Part shown: positions 43,405-53,447 of the stretch, piece after piece
How positions within the stretch are numbered: position 1 is the first letter of the stretch
How the letters are laid out: every line of letters starts with the position of its first letter
Source: Rebecca billardiae RCC1528
Taxonomy: Eukaryota; Protista; Haptophyta
DNA: 64,000 nt
Direction: 5' to 3'
Assembly: GCA_965240325.2 (NCBI GenBank)
Contig: OZ251244.1
Location: 1,351,379 to 1,415,378 of the forward strand
Position numbers and translations under genes: made by a program
Notes under the pieces: model-generated
Told to the model about the DNA's origin: nothing
The model's database searches: none
What the model saw: the letters and a program-made list of their open reading frames with translations, nothing else

Positions 43405-45263
43405 TTCGGCGCGGCCTCCTTCGCGCCGTGCCGCCTGCTCGCCTCGCTCGCCGGCCGCGCCGCCGGGTCGCCGAGCGCGCGGCGGCCGCCGCCGGCGCGA
43501 GCGCCGCGCGCGCCGGGCGGCGCGAGCGCCGGCTCGGCGGCGGCGGCGGCTGCGCCACGCGGCGGCGGCTGCGCCGCGCTCGGCCGGCGCGCCGCGCCGG
43601 CTGGCGGCACCGGCGGCGGCGGCGGCGGCATGGGCGCCTCGAGCGCCGTCGGGTCGAGCAGCTGCGCCGCGCTGTGCGCGCGCGCCACGACGCCAACCGC
43701 GCCCGCGCCGCCCGGCGCGCCGCCGTCGGGCGGCGGCGGCGCCACCGCAGCCGCCGCCCACGCGCCCGCGCCCGCGCCCGCGCTGAGCAGCTGCGCGGCG
43801 CTCGGCCGGCGCGCCGGGTCGAAGGTGAGGCAGCGCGCGAGCAGGTGCAGCGCGGAGGAGGTGTGCTCGCACGCGTGCGGCATGGCGGGGAGCGCGCGCA
43901 GCGCCGCGCGCAGCCCCGGCGCCGCGCCCTCGCCCCCCGCCCCGAGCAGCGCGAGCTGCTGCTGCAGTATCCGCAGCGGCGCGCGCGCGGCCGCCCCGAA
44001 CGGCCCGCGGCTGAGCACCACGCGCCCGTCGCGCGGCCGCGTCGCGCGCATCTTGTACGCCAGCCACAGAGGCAGGCCACAGCTGAGCTCAAGCAGGGTG
44101 GCGCCCGCCGCCCACACGTCCGCGTGGCCGAACGGCGCGCCGCCGCGCGCCGCCGCGCGCAGCGCCGCCGCGGCCGCCGCGCGCGCGTCGAGCGCGGTCG
44201 GCGGCGGCGCGCGGCCCGCGCCGCCGCCGCCGCCCGGCTGGCCGCCGCTGCCGCGCCGGCCGAGCGCGGCGGCGGCGCGCGCGCCCGAGCCGGCGCTCGC
44301 GCCGGGCTGCGCGGCGCCCGCGCTCAGCGCGAGCAGCTCGGGCGCGGCGAACTCGGGCGACGGCGCCACGTGCACCGCGTTCGCCGTCGCCGCCGCGTCG
44401 TGCCGCTGCCCACCGCCTGCACCGCCGCCTTCGCCGCCGCCTTCGCCGCCGGCCGCGCGTGTGCGCGCGTGCGGCTGCTGCTGCTCGCCGAGCGCGGCCG
44501 CGCCGAGCGTGGCCGAGCCAAAGTCGATGAGGAGCAGCCGCCCCGCGGGCAGCGGGGCGAGGCCGGGCTTCGCCCCCGTCGCGCGCGCGCTCCTCCCGCC
44601 GCCGCCGCCCGGACTGCCCGGACGTCCCGGACCCGCCGGACCGCCCGGACTCCAGAGGACGTTGGCGGGCTTGACGTCGTTGTGCGCGACGCCGAGCGCG
44701 TGCAGCGCGCTCAGCGCGCGCAGCAGCTGCGCGGCGAGGGCGTCGAAGGCGGCGGGGTCGGCGGCGAGCGCGGTCCAGAGCGGCAGCGGCGTCACGTCGT
44801 ACACCCGCTCCCCGCGCACCGTCGCGCCGCGGTACGCGTAGCACAGCTCGGAGAGCGGCAGCCCCCCGCGCGGGTAGGCAATCCACACGTGCCGCGCCGA
44901 GGCGAACGAGTCGACGGGCGCGGCGAGGAGGCGGAGGCCGGCGGCGTGGGCGTGGGCGTGCGCGGTGGGGTCGTGCGCGCGCGACGCCGCGTCCGCCTCC
45001 GCCGCCGCCGCCGCGCTGCTCAGCACGCGGCCCGCGCGCAGCTCGCGCAGCGCGGACGAGGCGTGCGCGTCCTTGCGGATGCGCTTGAGCGCGCACGCGG
45101 TGCCGTCGGGCGCGCGCGCGTCGAAGACGACGCCGAAGCCGCCCTCGCCGAGGACGCGCCACCCGCCGCCGCCGTCGTCCGCGCCCGCCGCGCCGGGCAG
45201 CAGCACGAACGCCGTGTCGGCCACGCGGCCGTCGGGCGCCACCTCGAGCGCGTCCGCCGCCAT
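43275..45263 (-). CDS. Ser/Thr protein kinase (CMGC/DYRK-like, non-RD)
   Basis: LGEGGFGVV, ALKRI, AHNDVKPANVL, IDFGSA, FAAPE, ADVWAAG...ELSCGLPLW, RCLTFDPARRPSAAQLL. Confidence 0.88.
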
Positions 45264-45978
45264 CCCGCACCCGTAACCGTCGCGCCGCTCAAATGCGCCG
45301 CTCTCGAGAGCGCGAAGCGACCGGACGAAAGGCAAAGGCGCGAATGCGCGGGAACTCAGGGGCGTTGCGCCAGCTGGACAAACGCCCTCCGGTCTTTTCA
45401 GATCTGCGCTTTTCAAAACGAAATGTTCCGCGCTCTGTTTAGGGCGAAGCGCGGTGGATGGCGGCTCGCCGCCGCATGGGCGGGCGAGTCGCCGCTGCCC
45501 GCAGAAAACGTGCGTCGGAGGCAAGGAAGCAGGCAGATGGCGCGTCGCGCGCGTCGTAGAATTCGGCCGTGACGCTCGCCAGCCTCAGCGCGCGCGGCGA
45601 AGCCAAGTCCATGGGCGCACTGCGTGCAGGCGGCACGGCCACGCCGCTCGGCCGCGCGACCGGCCTCGCAAGCGTCCTTGCGGCGCGAAAGGGCATCCCA
45701 GCTGCGGTCATTCGACTTGTGCGTCGGGAGACGTGTGCCATCTAGCCAACGCGCACGCGCCGCGAGCTGCACGGCGTGCGCACACGTCGCCCGCCGCACC
45801 GGTCAGGCGTGCGCCGCAAGCGGCACAGCGGGAGAGGGCCCCGATCCGAGTGCAGGTCTCGCCGGGGCCCTCCACAAGTCCAAGGATCCTGGACGGTGGG
45901 TCCCTTCGCGTTTGTCCAGCTGGCGCAACGCTCCGTGCAGAACGCCCCGACGTGAAGACGTGATCACAGCGCGCAGCG

Positions 45979-47610
45979 ATGGCGGCCGCGCCGCCGCCCC
46001 GCTGCAGCACTGACGAGGACGAGGCGGAGGGCGCGCCGGCCCCGCGCCGGCCGCGCAGCCGCGCGCGCGCGGAGGCGTGCGGCCTGCTGCGCCTCGCGCT
46101 GCCCTCCGTCCTCGTCCAGGCGCACGTCTTCCTCCTCTGGCTGCGCAACGCCGCGGCGGCGGGCACGGAGCTCGGGCCCGAGGCGATGGGCGCGGTCGCG
46201 CTCGCCAACCTCGCGGGCAACCTGTCGGCGCTCTCGCTGCAGTACGGGCTGATCTTCGCGCTCGAGTCGCTCGCCTCGCAGGCCGTCGGCGCCGGGCGCC
46301 ACGCCGAGGTCGGCCTGCTCACGCAGACGTGCGCGCTCGGCTGCGCGGCGCTGCTCGCGCCCGCGCTCGGCCTGTGGTGGCACGCGGCGCCGCTGCTCGT
46401 CGCGCTCGGGCAGCCGGCGGGCGTGGCGGCGCTCGCGCAGCGCTTCCTCCGCGTGTACGCCGCCGGCGTCCCCGCCTTCTCCGCCTTCGAGATCGGCCGC
46501 CGCTTCCTCGGCTGCCAGGGCGTGATGCTGCCGTTGGTGCCGATCACGGCCGCGGTCGCGTGGGGCGTGCACCCGGCGCTGCTGGGCGCCGCCAGCCGCG
46601 CGGGGCTGGGGTTCGACGGGCTGGCGCTCGCGACGGTGGGCTCGATGTGGGCGCTGTGCGCGCTCTCGCTCGGCTACACCTGCGCGCGCGCGCCGCACGA
46701 CCCGCGCACCTGGCCCGGCCTCGCGCCGCGCGCCGCGCTCGCGCCGCGCCGCGTGGGCACGTTTGTTCGGCTCGCGCTGCCGGGCGTGCTCGGCATGTCG
46801 GAGTGGTGGTTCTGGGAGGCGACGTGCTTCGTGGTGGGCGTGCTGGGCGAGGGCGCGCTCGCGGCGCACGCGATCGCGTACTCGCTCGTGCCGATGCTCG
46901 TGATGCTGCCGCTCGGCGTCGCCGTCGCCATCTCCGTCCGCGTCGGCCAGCTCGTCGGCGCGGGCGAGCCGGCGCGCGCGCGCGCGCTCGGCGCGTGCGG
47001 CGTGTGCGCGGGCATGGCGCCCGTGTGCGCGTACACGCTCGGCGTCGGCCTCGCGCCCGAGGCGACGATCGGGCTGTTCGTGCCGGCGGGGGCGCACCCG
47101 GCGGTGCGCGCGCTCGCGCGCTCGCTCTGGCCGCACCTCACCGCCTTCCTCCTCTTCGACGGGCTCTTCATGCTAACGATGGGCGCGGTGCGCGGCGCGG
47201 GGCTGCAGCTGCGCGCGGCGCTCGCGGTCGGCGGCGCGCTGTGGGGCGTCGGGCTGCCGCTGGTGTGCGCGGTGGCGTGGCGCACGGGCGCGGGGCTGCG
47301 CGGCGTGTGGGCGAGCCTCTGGCCGACGTACGCGCTGCTCGACGCGCTCCTCATCGCGCTCGTCGCCACCGCCGACTGGCGCGCCGCCGCCGCGCGCGCG
47401 GCGCGGCACCGGCGCGCAGACGGCCGCTCGGCGACGCCGCCGCCGCCGCGCGGCGCCGCAGAGCCGGCGGGCGCGGCGACGGAGCTCCAGTCCGTGCCGC
47501 TCGCGGCGGCGGACGGCGCGCGCGAGGCGGCGGGCGTGGCGGCGCAGGCGGAGGGCGCGCCCGCCGACGCGCCCGAGCCCGCCGAGCGGTACGCCGCGCC
47601 GCCGCGCTAG
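45979..47610 (+). CDS. MATE family efflux transporter
   Basis: GLIFALESLASQAVGAG, LALPGVLGMSEWWFWE, AISVRVGQLVGAG; about 12 TM helices; intronless. Confidence 0.92.
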   Translation: MAAAPPPRCSTDEDEAEGAPAPRRPRSRARAEACGLLRLALPSVLVQAHVFLLWLRNAAAAGTELGPEAMGAVALANLAGNLSALSLQYGLIFALESLASQAVGAGRHAEVGLLTQTCALGCAALLAPALGLWWHAAPLLVALGQPAGVAALAQRFLRVYAAGVPAFSAFEIGRRFLGCQGVMLPLVPITAAVAWGVHPALLGAASRAGLGFDGLALATVGSMWALCALSLGYTCARAPHDPRTWPGLAPRAALAPRRVGTFVRLALPGVLGMSEWWFWEATCFVVGVLGEGALAAHAIAYSLVPMLVMLPLGVAVAISVRVGQLVGAGEPARARALGACGVCAGMAPVCAYTLGVGLAPEATIGLFVPAGAHPAVRALARSLWPHLTAFLLFDGLFMLTMGAVRGAGLQLRAALAVGGALWGVGLPLVCAVAWRTGAGLRGVWASLWPTYALLDALLIALVATADWRAAAARAARHRRADGRSATPPPPRGAAEPAGAATELQSVPLAAADGAREAAGVAAQAEGAPADAPEPAERYAAPPR

Positions 47611-47990
47611 TCGCCAGCAGCAGACGATGATCATGATGATGATATGATGATGATGGATATTATTATTATATATATGTATATATCATCCGTCGTAGCGTCT
47701 TCTGTGCGCTCGTGCGGCCCGCGCCCCGCGCGAGAATTTCCCCGATACGAAAATCGTCGGCTCATGTCGCACGGGTTACGGTCGTAGTGATATATATTAA
47801 CGACGTGGTATATGTGATATATATATGACGATAATCCCGTAGTTTTATTAGTGTTCATCACTACTACGACTGCTGCTGTGTAGATGATGCTGACGGACAT
47901 CGTCGTCAATCAGATATACGCGCGCGCTGACGGCCATGCTGCTGCTACTATACTACATGCATGCGCGCGGCGGTGCTGCGTGCTGCCGCG

Positions 47991-49226
47991 CTACTCGGCC
48001 GCGTCGGCCGCGGGCTCCTCCTCCCACCAGCGCGGCTGCGAGTTGGCCGTGCGCGCGGTCAGGATCTCGACGCCGCCCTCGACGACGAGGAGCGTGTGCT
48101 CGAACTGGGCGGAGCGGCCGCCGTCCTTGGTGACGATCGTCCAGCCGTCCGGCCACTCCAGCGTCTCCGCCACCCCCTCGTTGATCATCGGCTCGATCGT
48201 GAACGTGTGGCCCACCTCCATCACGCCGTTGCGGTCCTCGTTGCGGTGGTGCACCACGTTGGGCGGCATGTGGAACGCCGAGCCGATGCCGTGGCCGACG
48301 AAGCCGCGGACGATGGTGAGGCCGGTGGGCGCGACGACCTCCTCGATCGCCGCGCCGATCGCCTTGTACGGCACCCCCGGCGCGCACACGCCGATCGCCG
48401 CCTGCCACGCGTCGTGCGTCACCTTCACGAGCCGCCTGCCCGCCGCGTCCACCGCCCGGCCGCCGCCCACCGCAAACGTCTCGGAGAGGTCGCCGTGCAC
48501 GCCGCCCACGTAGCAGGTGACGTCGACGTTGACGATGTCGCCGTCGCGCAGCACGGTGGAGTCGGGGATGCCGTGGCACACCACCTCGTTCACCGACGTG
48601 CACACCGACTTGGGGAAGCCGCAGTAGTTGAGCGGCGACGGGTACGCGCCGCGCTTGAGGCTCTCCGCGTGCACGATCGCGTCGATCTCGTCGGTGGCCA
48701 CGCCCGCGGCCACGGCGGCGCCGGCGATGTCGAGGACCTCGCGCGCGATGGCGCACGCCTCGCGCATCTTGGCGATCTCATCGGGCCCCTTCACCTCAAT
48801 GTCCCACGGCAGGATCGGCCGCACGTACCCGGGCCGGCCCGACGCCTGCGCTCGCGGCGCGCGGCGGGCGCGTGAGCGCGCGCGCGCGCGCTCGCGCGGT
48901 CGCGCGCGCGCGCGCGAGCGAGGCGGCGCGCGCACGTGGTAGTCGGGCTTGGCGATGGCGTCGGGCACGGGCCTGCGCGGCGAGAGCTCCCCCTTGCGCT
49001 GCGACCCCGTGTAGTGCCGCGGCAGCTTGGCCGGCGGCGCGTCCGCCTTCTTGGCGGCCGCCGCCGCCTTGGGCGCCTTGCCCTTGGCGGGCGCGCCAAA
49101 GCCCTTGCCCAGCGCGCGCGGCGCGGCGCGCGGCACGCGGGCGGGGCGGCGCGGCGCGCCGCCGCCCGCCCACGCCGCCGCCTCCGCCGCGCCGAGCAGC
49201 ACCAGCAGCAGCGCGAGCCTCACCAT
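47991..49226 (-). CDS. map: Methionine aminopeptidase type I, organelle (probably plastid) targeted; 90-bp in-frame intron 48846-48935
   Basis: RRPVPDAIAKPDY, AYPSPLNYCGFPKSVCTSVNEVVCHGIPD, DIVNVDVT, HGDLSET, GHGIG..FH, FTIEPMI, SAQFEHT. Signal peptide MVRLALLLVLLGAAEAAA-W followed by a basic transit-like region. Confidence 0.95.
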   Translation of the reverse strand: MVRLALLLVLLGAAEAAAWAGGGAPRRPARVPRAAPRALGKGFGAPAKGKAPKAAAAAKKADAPPAKLPRHYTGSQRKGELSPRRPVPDAIAKPDYHVRAPPRSRARARPRERARARSRARRAPRAQASGRPGYVRPILPWDIEVKGPDEIAKMREACAIAREVLDIAGAAVAAGVATDEIDAIVHAESLKRGAYPSPLNYCGFPKSVCTSVNEVVCHGIPDSTVLRDGDIVNVDVTCYVGGVHGDLSETFAVGGGRAVDAAGRRLVKVTHDAWQAAIGVCAPGVPYKAIGAAIEEVVAPTGLTIVRGFVGHGIGSAFHMPPNVVHHRNEDRNGVMEVGHTFTIEPMINEGVAETLEWPDGWTIVTKDGGRSAQFEHTLLVVEGGVEILTARTANSQPRWWEEEPAADAAE

Positions 49227-49400
49227 CGCGATGCGCTGCGGCTGATGCGCTGCTGCCGCCCGCTGCTGCTGCAGTGGGCACGGGAGGCGCCGAGCCCAAC
49301 GATGGCGGCCCGGCGGCCAGGAATGTTGTGGCGCCTTTGCGCATCTTCGCGCGGCCGGCCGTGAGCGCACGACACTCCGCGTGGTGGACGCGTCGCCGCG

Positions 49401-51149
49401 ATGGCCGCGCCGGCGGGCGAGACGCGGCGGGGCGGCGCGAAGCCATCGGCGGCGGCGCCCAACGGCGCGCCGCCGCTCCCACCCGCCCCGCCGCCGCCAG
49501 ACGCCCAAGGCGCCGCGCCCGCCGCCGCGCCCGCCGCCGCGCGCGTGCCGCTCGGTCTGACGCTCACGCTCGGGCTGTACCAGGCGATCTCGCCGATCAC
49601 GATGGAGCTGTACGTGCCCGGGCTGCCGGTGATGGCGGACTACTTTGGGACGGGGGTGGCGGAGCTGCAGTCGACCATCGCCACGCTCCTCGTCGGCATG
49701 GCGTGCGCGCAGCTCCTCGTCGGCAACCTCTCCGACACGCTCGGCCGGAAGGCGGTGGCGATCGCCGGGCTGGGCCTCTATAGCCTCGCGAGCGTGTCGG
49801 CGGGGCTGGCGGGCTCGATCGCGCAGCTGCAGCTGCAGCGCGCGGTGCAGGGGGTGGGCGCGGCGATCTCCATGGTCGTGGGCCAGGCCACCGTCCGCGC
49901 CGCCTTTGCCGACCAGCGCGCGCGCGAGCGCATCACGTCGCGGCTCACCTCGGTGCGCGCGCTCTCGCCCCTGCTCGCACCTGCGCTGGGCGCGTACCTG
50001 CTGCTGTGGTTCGGCTGGCGCTCGTGCTTCGTGGTGATGGCGGGGCTGGGCGGGCTCGGGCTGCTCGCCTCGCGCACGCTGCCGCCCGACCCGCCGCGCG
50101 CCGCCGGCGCCCCCGCGCCCTCGCTCGCCGAGCTGGGCCGCGTGTGCGCCGCGCTCGCGACCGACGGTCGTTACATGCGGCTGCTGGGCGCGGACGCGCT
50201 CAACTTCGCCGCCTTCTTCTCGTACGTGACGGCGAGCTCGTACGTGCTGCAGCGGCACTACGGCGTGCCGCTGGCGCACTTTGGCTTCGTGTACGGCATC
50301 AACGCCGCCGGCCTCATCGTCGGCACCGAGCTCTCGCCGCGGCTGTCGGCGCTGCGCGCGCTCGGCGGCGGCGTGGCCGCGCGCCCGTCCGCTGGCCAGC
50401 GCGGCGTGCTGCGGCTCGGGCTGGGCGTGAGCACGCTGAGCGCGTGCGTGCTGCTCGGCGTGGCGCACGCGGACGCGCTCGCCGCGTCGTACTGGTCCGT
50501 CGTGCTCCCCGCCATGCTCTTCTGCACCGGCCGCGGGCTGCTCTCGCCGCAGGCCATCGCGCTCGCGATGGAAGGCTACCCGCAGCTCGCAGGCAGCGCG
50601 GCGGGCTTCTTCTTCGCGACGCGCTTCGTCGTGTCCGCGCTGGTGGTGACGGCGCTGGGCGCGGTGTACGACGCGTCGGCGGGTGCGGGGGCGGCGGCGG
50701 GGGGCGCGCGCGCGGGCGCGCACGCCGTGCCCGACGCCTCGCCGCTGCCGCTCTGCTGGGCCATGCTGTGCGCGCAGCTGTGCGCGTGCGCATCGTACGC
50801 GTGGCCGCGCGGCTGCTGCTGCCGCCGCCGCGCCGAGCGCGCCGGCGGCGGCGCGATGGGGGTCGCGCTCGCCGACCACGACGGCGCCGCGGGGGAGCTG
50901 CCGCCCGACTCGCCGATGGAGGCGGCGGAGGAGGGGCGGGCGCAGCCGGCCGCACGCCGCGATGCCGGCGACGCTGCCGACCCCGCAGCGGCAGGGCTGC
51001 CGCCCGCGCGCTGCGGCATCACTGATGAGACCGACGGCGACGACTCGCCAGCCGTCCGTGCGGCGACCTGCGGCGGTGGCGATGCGGCGGCGGCTGGTGC
51101 GAGCAGCGGCATCAGCAGAATGATGGGGGCGAGGAGCAGCAGTACGTAA
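49401..51149 (+). CDS. Bcr/CflA-subfamily (DHA1) MFS drug-resistance transporter
   Basis: ISPITMELYVPGLP (cf. D.YLP.LP), QLLVGNLSDTLGRK, APALG...FGWRSCF, FFSYVTASSYVLQRHYG, AMEGYPQLAGSAAG. Confidence 0.88.
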   Translation: MAAPAGETRRGGAKPSAAAPNGAPPLPPAPPPPDAQGAAPAAAPAAARVPLGLTLTLGLYQAISPITMELYVPGLPVMADYFGTGVAELQSTIATLLVGMACAQLLVGNLSDTLGRKAVAIAGLGLYSLASVSAGLAGSIAQLQLQRAVQGVGAAISMVVGQATVRAAFADQRARERITSRLTSVRALSPLLAPALGAYLLLWFGWRSCFVVMAGLGGLGLLASRTLPPDPPRAAGAPAPSLAELGRVCAALATDGRYMRLLGADALNFAAFFSYVTASSYVLQRHYGVPLAHFGFVYGINAAGLIVGTELSPRLSALRALGGGVAARPSAGQRGVLRLGLGVSTLSACVLLGVAHADALAASYWSVVLPAMLFCTGRGLLSPQAIALAMEGYPQLAGSAAGFFFATRFVVSALVVTALGAVYDASAGAGAAAGGARAGAHAVPDASPLPLCWAMLCAQLCACASYAWPRGCCCRRRAERAGGGAMGVALADHDGAAGELPPDSPMEAAEEGRAQPAARRDAGDAADPAAAGLPPARCGITDETDGDDSPAVRAATCGGGDAAAAGASSGISRMMGARSSST

Positions 51150-51353
51150 CAATAACCGCGCGCATGCATAGCAGCAGCAGCGCTACAGCAGATCGATGAC
51201 CGCGACGACGCGAGTCTAGCGCAGCGCGCTACTGCTGCGCTGATGATGATCTGATTGATATATGATCTAGATGCTGCATCGCGTCGTCACACTCGAACAT
51301 GGACGTCAAGCCTGCTGCGCTGCGCATTGCGCCTGTCGCATATAGCCACAGCA

Positions 51354-53342
51354 TCAGACCAGGGGCAGCACCCGACTCCCTCCGCCGCCACCGCCCTCCG
51401 CCCCCGCGTCCGCATCCGCCTCCTCTCCGCCATCGCGCGCGTCGTAGAAGCATGGATGCTGCTGCTCGTCGCCTGCGGCGGCGCTGGGGTCGCACGCTGA
51501 TGGCGACGGCGGCGCGTCGGCGCACGGCGGCGGCGGGCGGCGCCAGCCGCGCTCCGCCGCCCAGGCCGCGACCGTCGGCTGGCGCGTGACGCCGAGCGCG
51601 TCCCACTCGGGCGGCAGCGCGCCGCTGAAGAAGGCGCACGCGGCGGCGCGGCTGACGGCGAGGATGGTCGCGGCCGAGAGCGCGCCGATCGCCGCGCGGA
51701 ACGGGAAGAGCTGCCGCCCCGCGTGCGGCGCGAGCCCGCCCTCGCAGTAGCCGGGCCAGCGCAGCGCGGACGGCACGCCGAGCAGCGGCTCGCCCGACGC
51801 GACGCGCAGCGCGAGCGTCGCCGCCTGCGCCGCGCCCACGCCGTACGCGTTCGTCGCGCGGTCGTGCAGCACGCACAGCAGCGGCGGCAGCACGAACACG
51901 AGCGCGAGGTCGTCAAAGACGTACACGAGCTGCACGACCGCGGACGCGCCGAGCGCGAGCCAGAGGCCGAGCCCGGCGACGCACGCCATGGTGAGGCGCG
52001 CGGCGACGCCGAGCGCGAGGCGGAGGAAGGCGCGCGAGCGCTCGTCCAGCGCGTCCGCCGCGCCGCCGTCGCGCGCCCACCCGCCGCCCACCCACAGCCA
52101 GTTCCACACGACGAGCGACGTGGCGGCGAGCACGGCCGAGTCGATGGACGACATCATCGCCGCGCACACGGCGCACAGCCCGCACAGCCCGACCCACGGC
52201 GGCACGAGGAGGCGCACGACGCACGGCGCGCGCAGCTCGGCCGACGCGGCGCAGCGCGCCGCGAGGTCGGGCGCGTCGCCGCCCCCGCCGCCGCCGCCGC
52301 CGAGCGCGCCCCAGTCCGCCTGCGCGCCGATCGCGCCGAGCGCGACGCACAGCGCGCCCACCGCCGCGTGCAGCGCGGCCGCGCCGAGCGACATGGCGCG
52401 CGCGGCGCGCACGTCGCGCGCGGCGAGGACGCGCTGCGCGTACACCTGCTGCGAGCACATCCCGCCGAGGCACGTGAGCGCGAGGTCGAGCCACTGCCCG
52501 CGCAGGTCGAGCGGCGCGCCCGGCGCGCCGCCGCACCACGCGCCGCCGCGCGGCGGCGGCACCGCCGCGACCGCCGCGCGCCACGAGGCGAGGTAGGGCG
52601 CGGCCGGGTCGAGGAGCGGCGCGACGCGGCCCGAGGCGAGCGCGTACGGCACGACGAGCCCGATCCCCGCCACGTACAGCCCGAGCTGCAGCACGTCCGT
52701 CGAGACCACCGCGCGCAGCCCGCCGACGAGCGTGTACCCGAGCGCGGCGAGCGCGGCCGCCGCCATCGCGGGCACGCGCTCGGCGCCGACCAGCACCTGC
52801 ACGGTGGCGCCGAGCGAGGAGAGGATGGCGGCGCACCACGCGACCTTGGCGAGCAGCAGCGGCAGCACGTGCAGCCCGCCGAGCACGCGGCCGCACCGCG
52901 ACTGCAGCGGGTCGACGATCGTCGTGCAGCCGGCGGCGCGCAGCCGCGGCGCGACCGCGAGCCCGCCCAGCAGCAGCGAGCCCGGCCAGAAGGCGACGCC
53001 GACGGCCCAGAGCAGCCCGGCGCCGGAGAGGGTCTCGGCGGTGCCGAGGATCATCCCGGCCGACGTGTACGACGCGGCGATCGAGCACGCGCCCACCGCC
53101 GGGTGCAGCGCGCGCGCGGCGAGGAAGAAGGCCGAGGGCGAGCCGCCCTCAAACAGCCGCGACGAGTGGCCGAAGAAGAGGCCGACGCCGAGCATCGCGA
53201 CGACGACGATGAGGAAGAAGAGCGTCGCCGCCTGCTCCGCCTCCAGCGCCGCGAGCGGCAGCGTCGTCAGCCGCAGCGAGCCCGCCAGCCCGCCGCGGTG
53301 GTCACCGCCCGCGTCGCGGTAGTACGGCAGCGGCTCCGCCAT
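51354..53342 (-). CDS. Sodium:solute symporter (SLC5, high-affinity choline transporter-like)
   Basis: FFLAAR, SIAASYTSAGMILGTAE, TTIVDPLQSRCG, WCAAILSSLGAT, YTLVGGLRAVVSTDVLQL, QVYAQRVLAA, AAMMSSIDSAVLA, LRVASGEPLLG, QLFPFR. Confidence 0.9.
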   Translation of the reverse strand: MAEPLPYYRDAGGDHRGGLAGSLRLTTLPLAALEAEQAATLFFLIVVVAMLGVGLFFGHSSRLFEGGSPSAFFLAARALHPAVGACSIAASYTSAGMILGTAETLSGAGLLWAVGVAFWPGSLLLGGLAVAPRLRAAGCTTIVDPLQSRCGRVLGGLHVLPLLLAKVAWCAAILSSLGATVQVLVGAERVPAMAAAALAALGYTLVGGLRAVVSTDVLQLGLYVAGIGLVVPYALASGRVAPLLDPAAPYLASWRAAVAAVPPPRGGAWCGGAPGAPLDLRGQWLDLALTCLGGMCSQQVYAQRVLAARDVRAARAMSLGAAALHAAVGALCVALGAIGAQADWGALGGGGGGGGDAPDLAARCAASAELRAPCVVRLLVPPWVGLCGLCAVCAAMMSSIDSAVLAATSLVVWNWLWVGGGWARDGGAADALDERSRAFLRLALGVAARLTMACVAGLGLWLALGASAVVQLVYVFDDLALVFVLPPLLCVLHDRATNAYGVGAAQAATLALRVASGEPLLGVPSALRWPGYCEGGLAPHAGRQLFPFRAAIGALSAATILAVSRAAACAFFSGALPPEWDALGVTRQPTVAAWAAERGWRRPPPPCADAPPSPSACDPSAAAGDEQQHPCFYDARDGGEEADADAGAEGGGGGGSRVLPLV

Positions 53343-53447
53343 GGCCGCCGCTTGCCCGTTGGCGAGGGGGGGGGAAAAGCGCGTCATCGTCACGTCCTTG
53401 AAGCCATCCGGCCGCACGTCATCATCACCTCCTCGCCCCGCGCACGC

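Noticed and set aside
47991-51152. 1053-aa ORF as one long MetAP fusion
   Set aside because: The N-terminal ~640 aa are antisense to the Bcr/CflA gene; the MetAP starts at 49226 with a signal peptide.
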